This document shows, piece after piece, positions 17,902 through 27,856 of a stretch of DNA of 57,294 nucleotides (the first letter of the stretch is position 1; the number at the start of each line of letters is the position of its first letter). The DNA comes from a virus. Its lineage: Duplodnaviria; Caudoviricetes. Under the pieces are notes generated by a model that worked only from the letters and a program-made list of their open reading frames with translations, made no database searches and was not told where the DNA came from. The stretch covers positions 1 to 57,294 of IMG/VR virus record IMGVR_UViG_3300025875_000027. One strand, given 5' to 3'. Position numbers and translations under genes: made by a program.

Positions 17902-17930
17902 ACCGTAGCGGGTTACTGGCCGCTGTGCAA
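17902..17930 (-). promoter_or_regulatory. promoter TTGCAC-N17-TACGGT (CCGC before the -10)
   Basis: Consensus-like hexamers, 17-bp spacer. Confidence 0.6.
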
Positions 17931-17950
17931 GCTCGGGTACTCTGTGGCGC

Positions 17951-18445
17951 ATGAGCGAGCCGACGCAGCCCCTGATCACCGTCGCCGCGCTGCGCTCGTG
18001 GACCCAGGAGCAGATCGACGACAACGACCCCTTCGCGGGCAACATCCTCATGGGCGTCTCGATCCGGCTGTGGCAGTACGGAAGCGAGGCGTGGACGGTG
18101 GACAGCCTGCCGCGCGAGGCCCGCCTGATCGGGGAGCTGAAGGCCAAGAACTACTGGCAGCACCCGACCGGCGCCAGCCGCGAGCAGGTCGACGTCATCA
18201 GCGAGAGCTTCATCAACGACGTGCTGCTCGGGCTCACCTTCACCGAGACCGAGCGGGAGGAGCTGCGCAAGCTGGCCGGCGAGTCCGCTGGCGGCACCCC
18301 CAGCATCGGCGTGTGGGTCATCGAGACCACCCGCGGGGAGCTGGAGACGCACCAGGGCCACCGCAACGGCACGACGTACTACAGCGACTCCTGGGGCTCC
18401 CCGCTCCCCCTGCTGCCAGCTGGGCACTTCCTGGGGCCGCACTGA
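17951..18445 (+). CDS. head-to-tail adaptor
   Basis: HPTGASREQVD..SESF..LTFTETEREEL; synteny. Confidence 0.75.
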   Translation: MSEPTQPLITVAALRSWTQEQIDDNDPFAGNILMGVSIRLWQYGSEAWTVDSLPREARLIGELKAKNYWQHPTGASREQVDVISESFINDVLLGLTFTETEREELRKLAGESAGGTPSIGVWVIETTRGELETHQGHRNGTTYYSDSWGSPLPLLPAGHFLGPH

Positions 18446-18759
18446 TGGACAAGGAGACCGTCATCGTCCGCACGGCGGCCAGGACCGACCGCTCCGGCCG
18501 CCCCGTCGGCGAGCCCAAGGACGACCCGCGCCCCGGCTGCGTCGTTGTTCCCCGCCGCTCGGCCGAGGGCGACCAGGGCCGCATCGTGCTGTCCGGCTGG
18601 CGCGTCGTCTTCCCCAAGCGCAGCCGCCCCATTCCCGCCGACGCCGTTCTTGTCGTCCGTGGCGAGGAGTACGAGCTGTTCGGCAAGGTGGCCGACTACG
18701 GCCCCTCGAAGCAGAAGATCGCCGACTGCCGCTCGACGGGAGAGACCGATGGCGCGTAG
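18445..18759 (+). CDS. head-to-tail stopper
   Basis: DRSG..GCVVVPR..VVRGEEYELFG; synteny. Confidence 0.7.
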   Translation: MDKETVIVRTAARTDRSGRPVGEPKDDPRPGCVVVPRRSAEGDQGRIVLSGWRVVFPKRSRPIPADAVLVVRGEEYELFGKVADYGPSKQKIADCRSTGETDGA

Positions 18760-19132
18760 GGCACGCTACCGCGCCAACAACAGCAAGATCGACGGCTACG
18801 GCGCCTTCATGCGCTCCTACCAGATCCAGCGGCCGACCACTCAGATCGCCGAGGACATCGCCACCGAGGCGGCCATGTTCGACGGCACCAGCATCGCGGC
18901 GGACTACCGTGCCGAGGATGGCCCACTGGTCATCGTCGCCGGCAACGAGCGCGTGAGCGCGCGGGCGGTCAACGACAACGAGAAGGCCGCGACCTACGAG
19001 TTCGGCTCGGGCCCCGAGAACGAGGGCGCCACGGGCGCCAACCAGCGCCGCCAGGGCGGCTCCAGCCCTGCGCGGCGCCACCTGGGCTACATCGCCGCAG
19101 GACACCACGACGTGCTGGGAGAGCCAGGATGA
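18749..19132 (+). CDS. tail completion protein (HK97 gp10-like)
   Basis: AATYEFG..RRHLG; synteny. Confidence 0.65.
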   Translation: MARRARYRANNSKIDGYGAFMRSYQIQRPTTQIAEDIATEAAMFDGTSIAADYRAEDGPLVIVAGNERVSARAVNDNEKAATYEFGSGPENEGATGANQRRQGGSSPARRHLGYIAAGHHDVLGEPG

Positions 19133-19569
19133 GCGCCCCCGCACGGCGGTTCCCAAGCCCTGGCCAGCTGGTCGTCCAGCTCCTCCTGCGCGGCGAGGAG
19201 GCGCTGGCCAACACCGGGACCGAGGCTGCCCCCGTCTACCACGTCGGCGACCCCGAGAAGCGCCCCGTCGAGCTGGTCAAGCAGCTGCCCTACGCCTGGG
19301 TCGTCCAGGGGCCGGGCACCCGCGACGACATCACCGACACGACCTTCGTGGACGTCTATTTCTACACGTCGTCGAAGACCGACGACGGGCTCCAGATGGC
19401 AGAGCGGGCGGCCGATGTCCACATCCGGCCGCGGAAGTGGATCAAGGGCTTCGGGGTGCTCGACCGGGTCCGAGTGGCCATCCGCCCGCAGGCTGTACCA
19501 TCTGGGACGACAGGAGTCAGTTGCCACTTGGTGCAGTTCCAAGTGAGCGCACGCCGAACTGGAGGATGA
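19129..19569 (+). CDS. tail terminator
   Basis: LPYAWV..GPG..DD..VDVYFY; synteny. Confidence 0.7.
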   Translation: MSAPARRFPSPGQLVVQLLLRGEEALANTGTEAAPVYHVGDPEKRPVELVKQLPYAWVVQGPGTRDDITDTTFVDVYFYTSSKTDDGLQMAERAADVHIRPRKWIKGFGVLDRVRVAIRPQAVPSGTTGVSCHLVQFQVSARRTGG

Positions 19570-19573
19570 CACC

Positions 19574-20248
19574 GTGGCGACGTACGACGACCTCGCGGAG
19601 AAGCAGGAAGAGCTGGTCCGCAAGCCGCTGGACGGGAGCGCGTTCTTCGCGCCCCTGACCGCGCCCACCATCGACGAGAACTTCGTCGGGCCGGGGGGTG
19701 TCCTCGCCGAGCTCCCCGACGAGGACTGGGGCGACCTCGGTCTCCTCACCCCCGACGGCATGGGCTTCAGCCGGGAGGTGTCGAACTCCGACATCATGGC
19801 CTTCGGCCGGCAGACCCCGGTGCGGTCGGACATCACGAACGACACCACCACGCTCAACATCGTCGCGCTGGAGACCAACCTGCGCACGATCGGCATGGCG
19901 ACCGGCGCCTCGATCACCGCGGCCTCGCGGAACTCGACGACCGGCGCCCTGATGATCAAGAAGCCGCCGCGGCCGACCCCCAAGCAGTACCGGGTCTTCT
20001 GCATGTCGGTGGACAACACCGAGGACGGCGAGATCTACATCTGCCGGTACCTGCCCAAGGCCAAGGTCACCGGCTTCTCCGACCAGGCCCTCGGCGGCAC
20101 CGACAACGCCATCGAGTGGGGCACCACGCTGACCAGCCAGTTCGACAAGACCCTCGGGTTCTCCGAGGCGTGGCTGTTCGGCGGGCCCGGCTGGAACGCG
20201 CTCCTGGAGCGCATGGGCTTCGACCCGCTGGCTCTGCCCGCGGGCTGA
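19574..20248 (+). CDS. major tail protein
   Basis: DLGLLTPDG..FSRE..FG..PVRSDIT..LET; synteny. Confidence 0.88.
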   Translation: MATYDDLAEKQEELVRKPLDGSAFFAPLTAPTIDENFVGPGGVLAELPDEDWGDLGLLTPDGMGFSREVSNSDIMAFGRQTPVRSDITNDTTTLNIVALETNLRTIGMATGASITAASRNSTTGALMIKKPPRPTPKQYRVFCMSVDNTEDGEIYICRYLPKAKVTGFSDQALGGTDNAIEWGTTLTSQFDKTLGFSEAWLFGGPGWNALLERMGFDPLALPAG

Positions 20249-20260
20249 TTGACCTCGACT

Positions 20261-20298
20261 GCCGGGGTGGTGGGCTGGCGGGCCTCCACCACCCCGGC
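20261..20298 (+). terminator. hairpin after the major tail gene
   Basis: GCCGGGGTGGTGG-N12-CCACCACCCCGGC. Confidence 0.6.
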
Positions 20299-20356
20299 TC
20301 CTCGTCCGTAGGCCCGCCGCCCCCAGCACGTCCCCCCGAGCCAGAGGAGGCCCGTC

Positions 20357-20725
20357 GTGGCCAAGTTCGAGTCCCCCGTCAAGCTCCAGCGCGGTGAGGT
20401 CGTCCGCGAGGTCGCCAACGACCTCACCTTCAACCAGCTGGTCTGGGACGGCTTCGCGCTCGTCGAGGGCGAGACCATCGTCCGCGCGGGCGACGGCACC
20501 CAGGCGACGTCTTCGTCCGCCAAGGCCGACGTTCCGGTCGAGGAGACCATGACGCCCGCCCAGAAGGCCGCGGCCACGCGTCGGGCGAACAAGGCCGCCA
20601 AGGAGGCCGAGGAGCGCACCCGCGCCGAGCTCGGCACCGCCCCCGCCGACGAGCCGGAGGCCAGCCTCGCTGCCTCCGGCGGCACCGCTGCCAGCGAGAC
20701 CACCGTCGGCACGAACGGCTCCTGA
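20357..20725 (+). CDS. hypothetical tail-region protein
   Basis: GAGGAGG SD; N-terminal QLVWDGF module followed by a low-complexity tail. Confidence 0.7.
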   Translation: MAKFESPVKLQRGEVVREVANDLTFNQLVWDGFALVEGETIVRAGDGTQATSSSAKADVPVEETMTPAQKAAATRRANKAAKEAEERTRAELGTAPADEPEASLAASGGTAASETTVGTNGS

Positions 20726-20778
20726 CTCCCGTCAGGTAGCATCACCACCCCAGCCCTAGACCAGGAGGCCCGCCAGCC

Positions 20779-21135
20779 ATGGCCGTCGACACCACGAAGA
20801 GCACCGCGATCGACCTGACCACCCTCGACCGCGAGCAGGTCGAGCCGGGCTACGAGCGCGAGAAGTTCGCCATCAAGCTCGGTGACCCCGAGAACCCGAC
20901 GCAGATCGAGTTCACCGACCCGCAGGAGCTGGCCTGGGACGTCGTCGTCACCATGGACGAGACCCCGCGGCGCTTCTTCTCCACGGCCATCGAGGACGAG
21001 GAGCAGCGCGCCTTCATCCTCCGGCTCGACCGCAGCCAGGCGCTGAAGCTCTGGCAGATGAAGTTCATCATGGAGAAGTACCGGGAGCACTTCGGCATCG
21101 ACCTCTCGGGAAACGCCGTCGGCTCGCGGCGCTAG
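20779..21135 (+). CDS. tail assembly chaperone (G)
   Basis: Position before the tape measure; ends in a slippery site. Confidence 0.85.
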   Translation: MAVDTTKSTAIDLTTLDREQVEPGYEREKFAIKLGDPENPTQIEFTDPQELAWDVVVTMDETPRRFFSTAIEDEEQRAFILRLDRSQALKLWQMKFIMEKYREHFGIDLSGNAVGSRR

Positions 21136-21692
21136 TCGCCAGGTACCGCGAGCCGATCGAGCGCGACCTTGTCCAGCTGACCCAGAACCCCGAGGCTCTG
21201 GGTCAGCTGTGGCGTCGGCGCCAGTGGCGCCTCCTGCTCTCCCTGATCGACACGCGCTCGCCGTACTCACACCTGTCGATGGCCATGGCCAACGACGTCG
21301 AGTACGTCCAGTCGCAGATCGACCGCGCCGGCAACACGGCCGACCTGACCGGCTCGGGGCCTCGCAACCCTCCCCTCACCGAGTGGTCGATGCTCGCCGA
21401 GAAGATGGCCGAGAACACCGAGGAGGTCCGCGCGCTGAAGGTGGCCTTCGTGGCGGCCAACAGCAAGAAGGGCGCCAAGAAGCCCGAGTGGCGCCCCGTC
21501 CTGCGACCCATCGGTGTCATGGCCGAGCTGCTGAAGAAGAAGCGCTACGAGAACCACTACGCGCTTCGGGCTAGGCTGATGCCGGGGAAGTACGGGACAC
21601 CCGAGCAGAAGGCCGCGGCCAGAGCTCGCGCCGCGACCAAGACGAAGGAGACCACGGTGGACAAGCGGGCCAACTTCGTCAGGCGACCCTGA
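20779..21692 (+). CDS. tail assembly chaperone GT via -1 frameshift at G GGA AAC (21108-21114)
   Basis: X XXY YYZ heptamer in the correct phase; -1 frame open (LVARYREPIERDL..LWRRRQWRLLLSLID) to 21692. Confidence 0.85.
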
Positions 21693-24600
21693 TGCCGGCG
21701 CCCTACTCGGCCGGCTCGATCTTCGTGTCGGTCGTCCCGAGCTTCAAGGACAACCAGCGCAGCATCGCCCGCGAGTACCAGCGCCGTGGCGAGGAGGCCA
21801 GCAAGTCGTTCTCTGACGGCTTCGACAAGCAGATCGCCCGCGACCTGCCCAAGGCCATGGAGAAGGCGGCCAAGGCGAGCAAGCCCGCCCAGGCCGAGGC
21901 GGGCAACGAGGCGGGCAAGGAGTACAGCAGCGCTTTTCGCAAGAGCCTCGTGGACGGCCTGAAGTCGGCCGAGCGCGACCTGGAGCGGGCGGTCGGCCCG
22001 AACGGCGAGATCAAGGTGCCGATCGACGCCGACCCGATGAAGTTCCGCAACCAGTTCAACGCCCTGGTGCGGGACGTTCGGCTCACCCGAGCGGATCTGG
22101 AGGTCGGCGCCGACGTCGGTCAGGCCCTGTACGACGTGGATCGCCTCCAGGCGAAGCTGGCCAGCTTGCGGGACCAGTCGGTGGACATCGACACCCGCAG
22201 CAACCTCTCGGCCGGTGCAGGGGCTCTGGACACCGCGGCCACTCGCGTGCGCCAGCAGGCCAACCTGATCCCCGAAGAGAGCCAGCAGGCGCAGCCGCAG
22301 CTCGGCGCCTTCCAGGCGTCCCTGCGCAGCCGCCTGGGCGCCGCCATGACCGCGCTGCCTCCGATCCCCGTGGACGCCGACATCACTCCGGCTGCGCAGA
22401 AGATCATCGAGTTCCGCACCGACGCCATGAACCTCATCGGGGACCTGGAGACCGATGTCCATCTCGACGGCGACGACACCCTCGCTCGCGCCCGCGCGCT
22501 CATGGCGCTACTGGAGGGCGTCGTCGAGACTGCCGATCCCGAGGTCGAGGTCGACGCCTCTTTCAACGCGGCCGGCGCGCTCGCCCAGTTGAAGACCTGG
22601 GAGGGTGCGGTCGATCCTGTCGAGGTGCCGATCGAGCCCGAGCTGGGCGCCTTCCGCCGCAAGCTGGCCGCCGCCACGCAGGCCGCCGCGTCCAACCTGC
22701 CCGAGCAGGGCGTCGGCAGCGCCACCCGCGGCGCCCTCACCAAGCTGTCCGCCGACGTCGACATCGACGACGCCGACGCCATCGCCGAGATGCAGGGCGT
22801 CATGGCCGTCCTGCAGGCCATCGTCGACAGCGCCGACCCGACGGTCGACGTGGGCACGAAGTACAACGCCGCCCAGGCGTTCGCACAGGTGAAGTCCTTC
22901 GTCGAGTCCGTCTCCCCGATCGAGATCCCCGTCGAGCCCGAGATGGGGTCCTTCCGCCGCAAGCTGGCCAGCGCCGCCGCGAGCGCTGCATCGAATCTGC
23001 CCGACGGCGGGGAAACCGGCAGTATCCGCGACACCCTGACCAGCCTGTCCACCGACCTGGACATCAACGCCGCGTCCGCGGTCGCCGAGATGCAGGGCGT
23101 CATGGCCGTCCTGCAGGCCGTCATCGACAGCGCCGACCCCACGGTCGACGTCGACACCAAGTACAACGCCGCGCAGGCGCTCGCGCAGGTCAAGGCGTTC
23201 GTCGACAGCGTCTCCCCGGTCCAGGTCGTCGTCGAGCCCGAGCTGGGGGCCTTCCGCACGCTGGTGGTCCGGCAGGTCAAGGAGGCCGCCGCCCAGCTGC
23301 CGAAGCTGGAGATCGACGCCGACTCCACTGACGCGCAGCGCGAGCTGGCCAGCATCCGCACCGAGCTGTCCACCCTCGCCGAGGACGTCAAGCTCGACAT
23401 GGACATCGAGGCGGTGCGCGAGAAGAGCCGCGAGCTGCAGGCCCGCCTCGCTGACCTCCGTGCCGAGAACGTGGACATCGACGTCGACGTCGACACCGCC
23501 CGCGCCATCGCCTCGCTGGAGAAGGTGGACCGAGCGGCCAGCGACGCTGACGGCGCGCTCCGGCGCAGCGGTCGCGGCGCCGACGACGGGGCCAACTCGT
23601 TCCGCGCCTTCTCCGGCGTCATCCTCGGTGTCGCCACGCTCGGCCCGGCCGCCATCCCGGTCATGGGCGCCATCGGCGCTGCCGCCGCGGCCACCGGCCC
23701 ACTGGCAGTCGCTGGCGCCCTCGGGCTCGGCGTGTTCGCCATGGGCATCATGGGCGTCTCGGACGCCCTGAGCGCCATGGGCAAGGTGCAGGACAACGCG
23801 GTCAAGGACGCCAAGGCGTACTCCGACGGCGTGCGCAACGCCAGCCGCGCGCTCGACGGCGCCGAGCAGGCTCTGGCCAGCGCCCAGCGCGCACGAGAGG
23901 ACCAGGCCAAGGACGGCCAGCGCTCCATCCGCAACGCCATCCGCTCGGTCGACGACGCCCGCCAGAACGCCGCCGAGGCTGGCGCCAGGGCCGAGGAGAA
24001 CGTCCAGCGGGCAGTGGAGGGCGTCGAGGACGCCCAGAAGGCTCTGACGTCCGCTCAGAGGGATGCCGAGCGCACTCAGCGCGGCCTCTCCGACGCCAAC
24101 CGCTCGGCGACCCAGGCCGAAGAGAACTTCGCCGACGCGCAGCGGGACGCCGAGAAGGCGCAGACCCGGCTGACCGAGGCCCGCGAGGAGGCCGGCGAGC
24201 GCATCCTGGAGCTGCGCGAGCAGATCCGCGGCGGCGCGCTCGACGAGCGCCGGGCCATCATGCAGCTGGCCGAGGCCGAGGTCGCCTACGCCAACGCCAT
24301 GGCCGACCCCGGCGCCACCCGCACCGAGCGCGAGCAGCTGCTGCTGTCCCTGGACGAGCAGCGCTTCCGGCTGGATCAGGTGCGCGACTCCAACCGCGAG
24401 CTCGCCGAAGAGGAGGCCGAGCGCGCCGCCAGCGGGATCGAGGGCAGCGAAGAGGTCGTCGCTGCCCAGGACGGCATCGTCGCCGCCAACGAGCGGGTCG
24501 AGGACGCCCAGCAGGGTGTGGTCGACGCCAACCAGCGGGTCGTCGACGCCCAGCAGGCCATCGTCGATGCCAACGAGCGCGTCGTCGAGGCCCAGGCCGG

Positions 24601-27600
24601 CGTGGTGGACGCCGTCGGCGAGGTCACCCGCGCACAGGCCGAGCAGCGCGCGAGCGCCGAGGACTCGGCCCGCTCGATCGCCGACGCCGAGGAGCGACTG
24701 CAGGACACCCGCGAGGACGTCGCCGATGCAGCCCTGCGTGCCAGCGAGGCCGTCACCGCGGCGCAGGCGCGGGTCGCCGACGCCCAGGCCGACTACGCCG
24801 ACGCCGTCGCCAAGACGTCGTCCTCCCAGGATGCCCTCGCGCTGTCCATGGCCAAGCTGTCCCCGGCCGGCCGCGAGTTCGCCGAGTACCTCTTCTCGCT
24901 GAAGCCCCTGCTGTCGGACCTGCAGGACACCGCGGCGGCTGGTCTGCTGCCCGGCCTGCAGGAGTACATCCAGGGCATCGTCACCACCCACGGCCCCCAG
25001 TTCAAGTCGATCATCGGCGGGATGTCCGAGGCGCTCGGCCAGATGTTCGTCGGCTTCGGCGAAGCGCTGCAGGGGTCGGAGTGGAGCGCCTTCTTCGACA
25101 TGCTGGAGAGCAAGGGCCCCGTCTTCCTCGGGCAGATCGGTGACGTCCTCACCAGCCTCGGGAACGGCGTCGCCTCCCTGCTGACCGCCTTCGCCCCCAG
25201 CGCGGAGAACTTCGGCAACGATCTGGTCGGCGCGGCCGGGGCCTTCGAGAAGTGGGCAGCCGGACTGAGCGAGACGCAGGGCTTCCAGGACTTCATGGCC
25301 TGGTGGGAGCGGGTCGGCCCCAAGGTCGTCGAGTTCTTCAAGCAGCTCGGTGACGCCGTGGTCAACATCGGCATCGCCCTCGCCCCCTACGGTGAGGATC
25401 TGCTGGAACTCTTCACCGGCATTCTGAACTGGATCAGCGAAACCGACACCGACAAGCTCGACGTCATCGTGACCACGATCCTCGGTCTGGTCATCGCCTT
25501 CCAGACGCTGGTGGGCCTCAACGCCCTCATCGGTGGCTTCTCGGTCATCACCGGCATCGCCTCCTCGGCCCTGACCGTCTTCAGTGGGTCGGCCGTAGCC
25601 GCCCAGGGGGCCATCGCGCCGATCGCCGCGCTGGTGATCATCGTGGTCGCCGCGCTCGCGCTCATCGGCATTGCGCTCTACCTGCTGTGGACGAACAGCG
25701 AGACCTTCCGGGACATCGTGATCGGCGTCTGGAACGCCGTGAGGACCGCGGCCGGCGCGGTCGCTGACTGGTTCATGGATCACGTCTGGCCGATCATGCA
25801 GACCGTCTTCCGCGCCATCGGCGACCTCGCCAGCTGGCTGTGGAACGACATCCTGCAGCCGATCTTCGAGGTCTGGCAGATCGCCTGGGGCGTCCTGTGG
25901 GGCTTCATCAAGGACGCCTGGGACACCGTCGGTTACCCGATGTTCCAGCTGATCTGGTCGATCATGCAGGAGACCTGGCAGATCATCGAGCCACTGCTGC
26001 AGTTGATCGGCATGGCTTTCGGCTTCCTCTGGGATCTGGTCAAGCTCGCCTGGGACGATACGGGCAAGCCGATCTTCGACGCCTTCATCGCCATCGTGAA
26101 GTTCTTGTGGGAATACGTCATCAGCCCGATCCTCGGGTTCGTCGTTGACCGCTGGGAGTGGATGTTCGGCATCATCAAGTCGGCCTGGGAAACGGTCGGC
26201 AAGCCGATCTTCGACTTACTGCAGGCCGTCGTTGAAGGTCTCGTCGGCGTCTTCCAAGGCAGCTTCGATGGCATCAAGGGCATCTGGGACGCCCTACTGG
26301 AAGTCTTCAAGGCGCCCATCAAGTTCGTCGTCGAGACGGTCCTCAACAAGGGGCTGATCGCGGGCATCAACACGCTCGCCGCCCCGTTCGTGGACGGCGA
26401 CTGGATCGCTCCGATCCCGCTGCCGGCAGGCTTCGCTTTCGGTGGTGCGATCCCGGGGAACTCGCCGAACAAGCGGGCCGACAACATTCCGATCATGGCG
26501 ACGGCCGGCGAGTTCATGCAGCCGGTCGATTCGGTGGACTACTACGGCACCGACTTCATGGAGGCCCTCCGCTCTCGCGCCATTCCGAGAGAGGCCCTGG
26601 CGGGCTATGCCTACGGTGGGCTCATCGACCCGATGTGGGATGCGGTTCGAGCGAAGCACCCCACCGCTCGGCTGACCAGCCACTACCGCCCTGGCGACCC
26701 CGGTTACCACGGCAAGAAGAAGGCCATCGACGTGGCTGGCTCAATGCCCTACCCCAGCGTCACGGGCGTTCGAGAGATGCTGGCCATCAACCGCACCATG
26801 GCCCAGCTGTTCCCGTACGCGGCCGAACTCATCCACAGTCAGCCTGGTGCCATCAACCTGATGGACGGTAAGCCGCACACCTACAGCGCTCAGACCCGCC
26901 GCGACCATGCCGACCACAACCATCTGGCGCTGGACTCGATCCTGCCCGGTAAGCACATGGCCAGCTTCACCGACGACGGTCTCGGCGCCTTCCTCGGGGA
27001 CCCGCTGGGCACGTTGCGGAACATGGTCACTGGGGCAGCGGGCTCACTGGGTGACACCGAAGTCGGTCAGATGTTGCTCAACATTCCCTTCGGTGTCGCC
27101 GACATGGCCAAGGATCGACTGGTCGGTATCGTGAGCGGTCTGCTCGATGCCGCCGGCAACGCGCTGGAATCCATCGGCGACGGCATCCTCGGGACAGTCG
27201 GCTTGGGTGACGACAACGACGTCGTTATGAAGAAGGCGAAGGGTGGCGTTCAGGAGCAGGTTCGCGGCGTTGCCGATCGTTACGGCTGGGGCTCCGGCGC
27301 CCAATGGACCGCGCTCTCCAACCTGATCCAGGGCGAGTCGGGCTGGAACATGAACGCGGCCAACCCGACCAGCTCGGCCCGCGGCCTGCTCCAGAAGATG
27401 ACTTCTCTGCACGGACCCGTCGAGAAGACTGCCGTCGGCCAGGCCGAGTGGGGCCTGAACTACATCGAGGACGCCTACGGTGACCCGGTGACCGCCTATC
27501 GTCGGTGGAACTCTCGCACCCCGCACTGGTATGCGGACGGCGGGCCGATCGAGGAGCGCTCGATCGCTGGACTGATCAACGGTGCGGGGATGACCCCCTA

Positions 27601-27856
27601 CTTGCACGACGACGGCGGCACCATCGACCCGGGTTGGAACCTGATCTACAACGCCACCCGTCAGCCCGAGGCATCGCTGAACCCGCAGCAGCTCGACAAC
27701 ATCGAGCGCATCGCCGACAGCGAGGGCGGGCGCAGGACCACCATCAACCTGCCTATGATGCCTCCCAAGAGCACCGCCGAAGAGATCGCTGGCGCGGTCG
27801 ACCACACCATCCGGTCCATCGAGCACGGCGGCGTTTGGGCAGAGGAGATCGGATGA
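21692..27856 (+). CDS. tape measure protein with C-terminal peptidase-like and lytic-transglycosylase-like domains
   Basis: 2054 aa; coiled coil; W-spaced repeats; TSHYRPGD..YH..AIDV..H.H; ESGWN..AANPTSSARGLLQ..YI..YG. Confidence 0.95.
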   Translation: MPAPYSAGSIFVSVVPSFKDNQRSIAREYQRRGEEASKSFSDGFDKQIARDLPKAMEKAAKASKPAQAEAGNEAGKEYSSAFRKSLVDGLKSAERDLERAVGPNGEIKVPIDADPMKFRNQFNALVRDVRLTRADLEVGADVGQALYDVDRLQAKLASLRDQSVDIDTRSNLSAGAGALDTAATRVRQQANLIPEESQQAQPQLGAFQASLRSRLGAAMTALPPIPVDADITPAAQKIIEFRTDAMNLIGDLETDVHLDGDDTLARARALMALLEGVVETADPEVEVDASFNAAGALAQLKTWEGAVDPVEVPIEPELGAFRRKLAAATQAAASNLPEQGVGSATRGALTKLSADVDIDDADAIAEMQGVMAVLQAIVDSADPTVDVGTKYNAAQAFAQVKSFVESVSPIEIPVEPEMGSFRRKLASAAASAASNLPDGGETGSIRDTLTSLSTDLDINAASAVAEMQGVMAVLQAVIDSADPTVDVDTKYNAAQALAQVKAFVDSVSPVQVVVEPELGAFRTLVVRQVKEAAAQLPKLEIDADSTDAQRELASIRTELSTLAEDVKLDMDIEAVREKSRELQARLADLRAENVDIDVDVDTARAIASLEKVDRAASDADGALRRSGRGADDGANSFRAFSGVILGVATLGPAAIPVMGAIGAAAAATGPLAVAGALGLGVFAMGIMGVSDALSAMGKVQDNAVKDAKAYSDGVRNASRALDGAEQALASAQRAREDQAKDGQRSIRNAIRSVDDARQNAAEAGARAEENVQRAVEGVEDAQKALTSAQRDAERTQRGLSDANRSATQAEENFADAQRDAEKAQTRLTEAREEAGERILELREQIRGGALDERRAIMQLAEAEVAYANAMADPGATRTEREQLLLSLDEQRFRLDQVRDSNRELAEEEAERAASGIEGSEEVVAAQDGIVAANERVEDAQQGVVDANQRVVDAQQAIVDANERVVEAQAGVVDAVGEVTRAQAEQRASAEDSARSIADAEERLQDTREDVADAALRASEAVTAAQARVADAQADYADAVAKTSSSQDALALSMAKLSPAGREFAEYLFSLKPLLSDLQDTAAAGLLPGLQEYIQGIVTTHGPQFKSIIGGMSEALGQMFVGFGEALQGSEWSAFFDMLESKGPVFLGQIGDVLTSLGNGVASLLTAFAPSAENFGNDLVGAAGAFEKWAAGLSETQGFQDFMAWWERVGPKVVEFFKQLGDAVVNIGIALAPYGEDLLELFTGILNWISETDTDKLDVIVTTILGLVIAFQTLVGLNALIGGFSVITGIASSALTVFSGSAVAAQGAIAPIAALVIIVVAALALIGIALYLLWTNSETFRDIVIGVWNAVRTAAGAVADWFMDHVWPIMQTVFRAIGDLASWLWNDILQPIFEVWQIAWGVLWGFIKDAWDTVGYPMFQLIWSIMQETWQIIEPLLQLIGMAFGFLWDLVKLAWDDTGKPIFDAFIAIVKFLWEYVISPILGFVVDRWEWMFGIIKSAWETVGKPIFDLLQAVVEGLVGVFQGSFDGIKGIWDALLEVFKAPIKFVVETVLNKGLIAGINTLAAPFVDGDWIAPIPLPAGFAFGGAIPGNSPNKRADNIPIMATAGEFMQPVDSVDYYGTDFMEALRSRAIPREALAGYAYGGLIDPMWDAVRAKHPTARLTSHYRPGDPGYHGKKKAIDVAGSMPYPSVTGVREMLAINRTMAQLFPYAAELIHSQPGAINLMDGKPHTYSAQTRRDHADHNHLALDSILPGKHMASFTDDGLGAFLGDPLGTLRNMVTGAAGSLGDTEVGQMLLNIPFGVADMAKDRLVGIVSGLLDAAGNALESIGDGILGTVGLGDDNDVVMKKAKGGVQEQVRGVADRYGWGSGAQWTALSNLIQGESGWNMNAANPTSSARGLLQKMTSLHGPVEKTAVGQAEWGLNYIEDAYGDPVTAYRRWNSRTPHWYADGGPIEERSIAGLINGAGMTPYLHDDGGTIDPGWNLIYNATRQPEASLNPQQLDNIERIADSEGGRRTTINLPMMPPKSTAEEIAGAVDHTIRSIEHGGVWAEEIG

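Noticed and set aside
21108-21114. Tail chaperone -1 frameshift as a novelty
   Set aside because: It is real but a standard feature of long-tailed phages, so it is listed as a feature only.
22508-25783. Very long antisense and alternative-frame ORFs (this one, 767-3385, 5192-7189, 9249-11303, 11818-13968 and others)
   Set aside because: These are expected shadows of high-GC3 coding on the opposite strand or frame, with no motifs or SD support.
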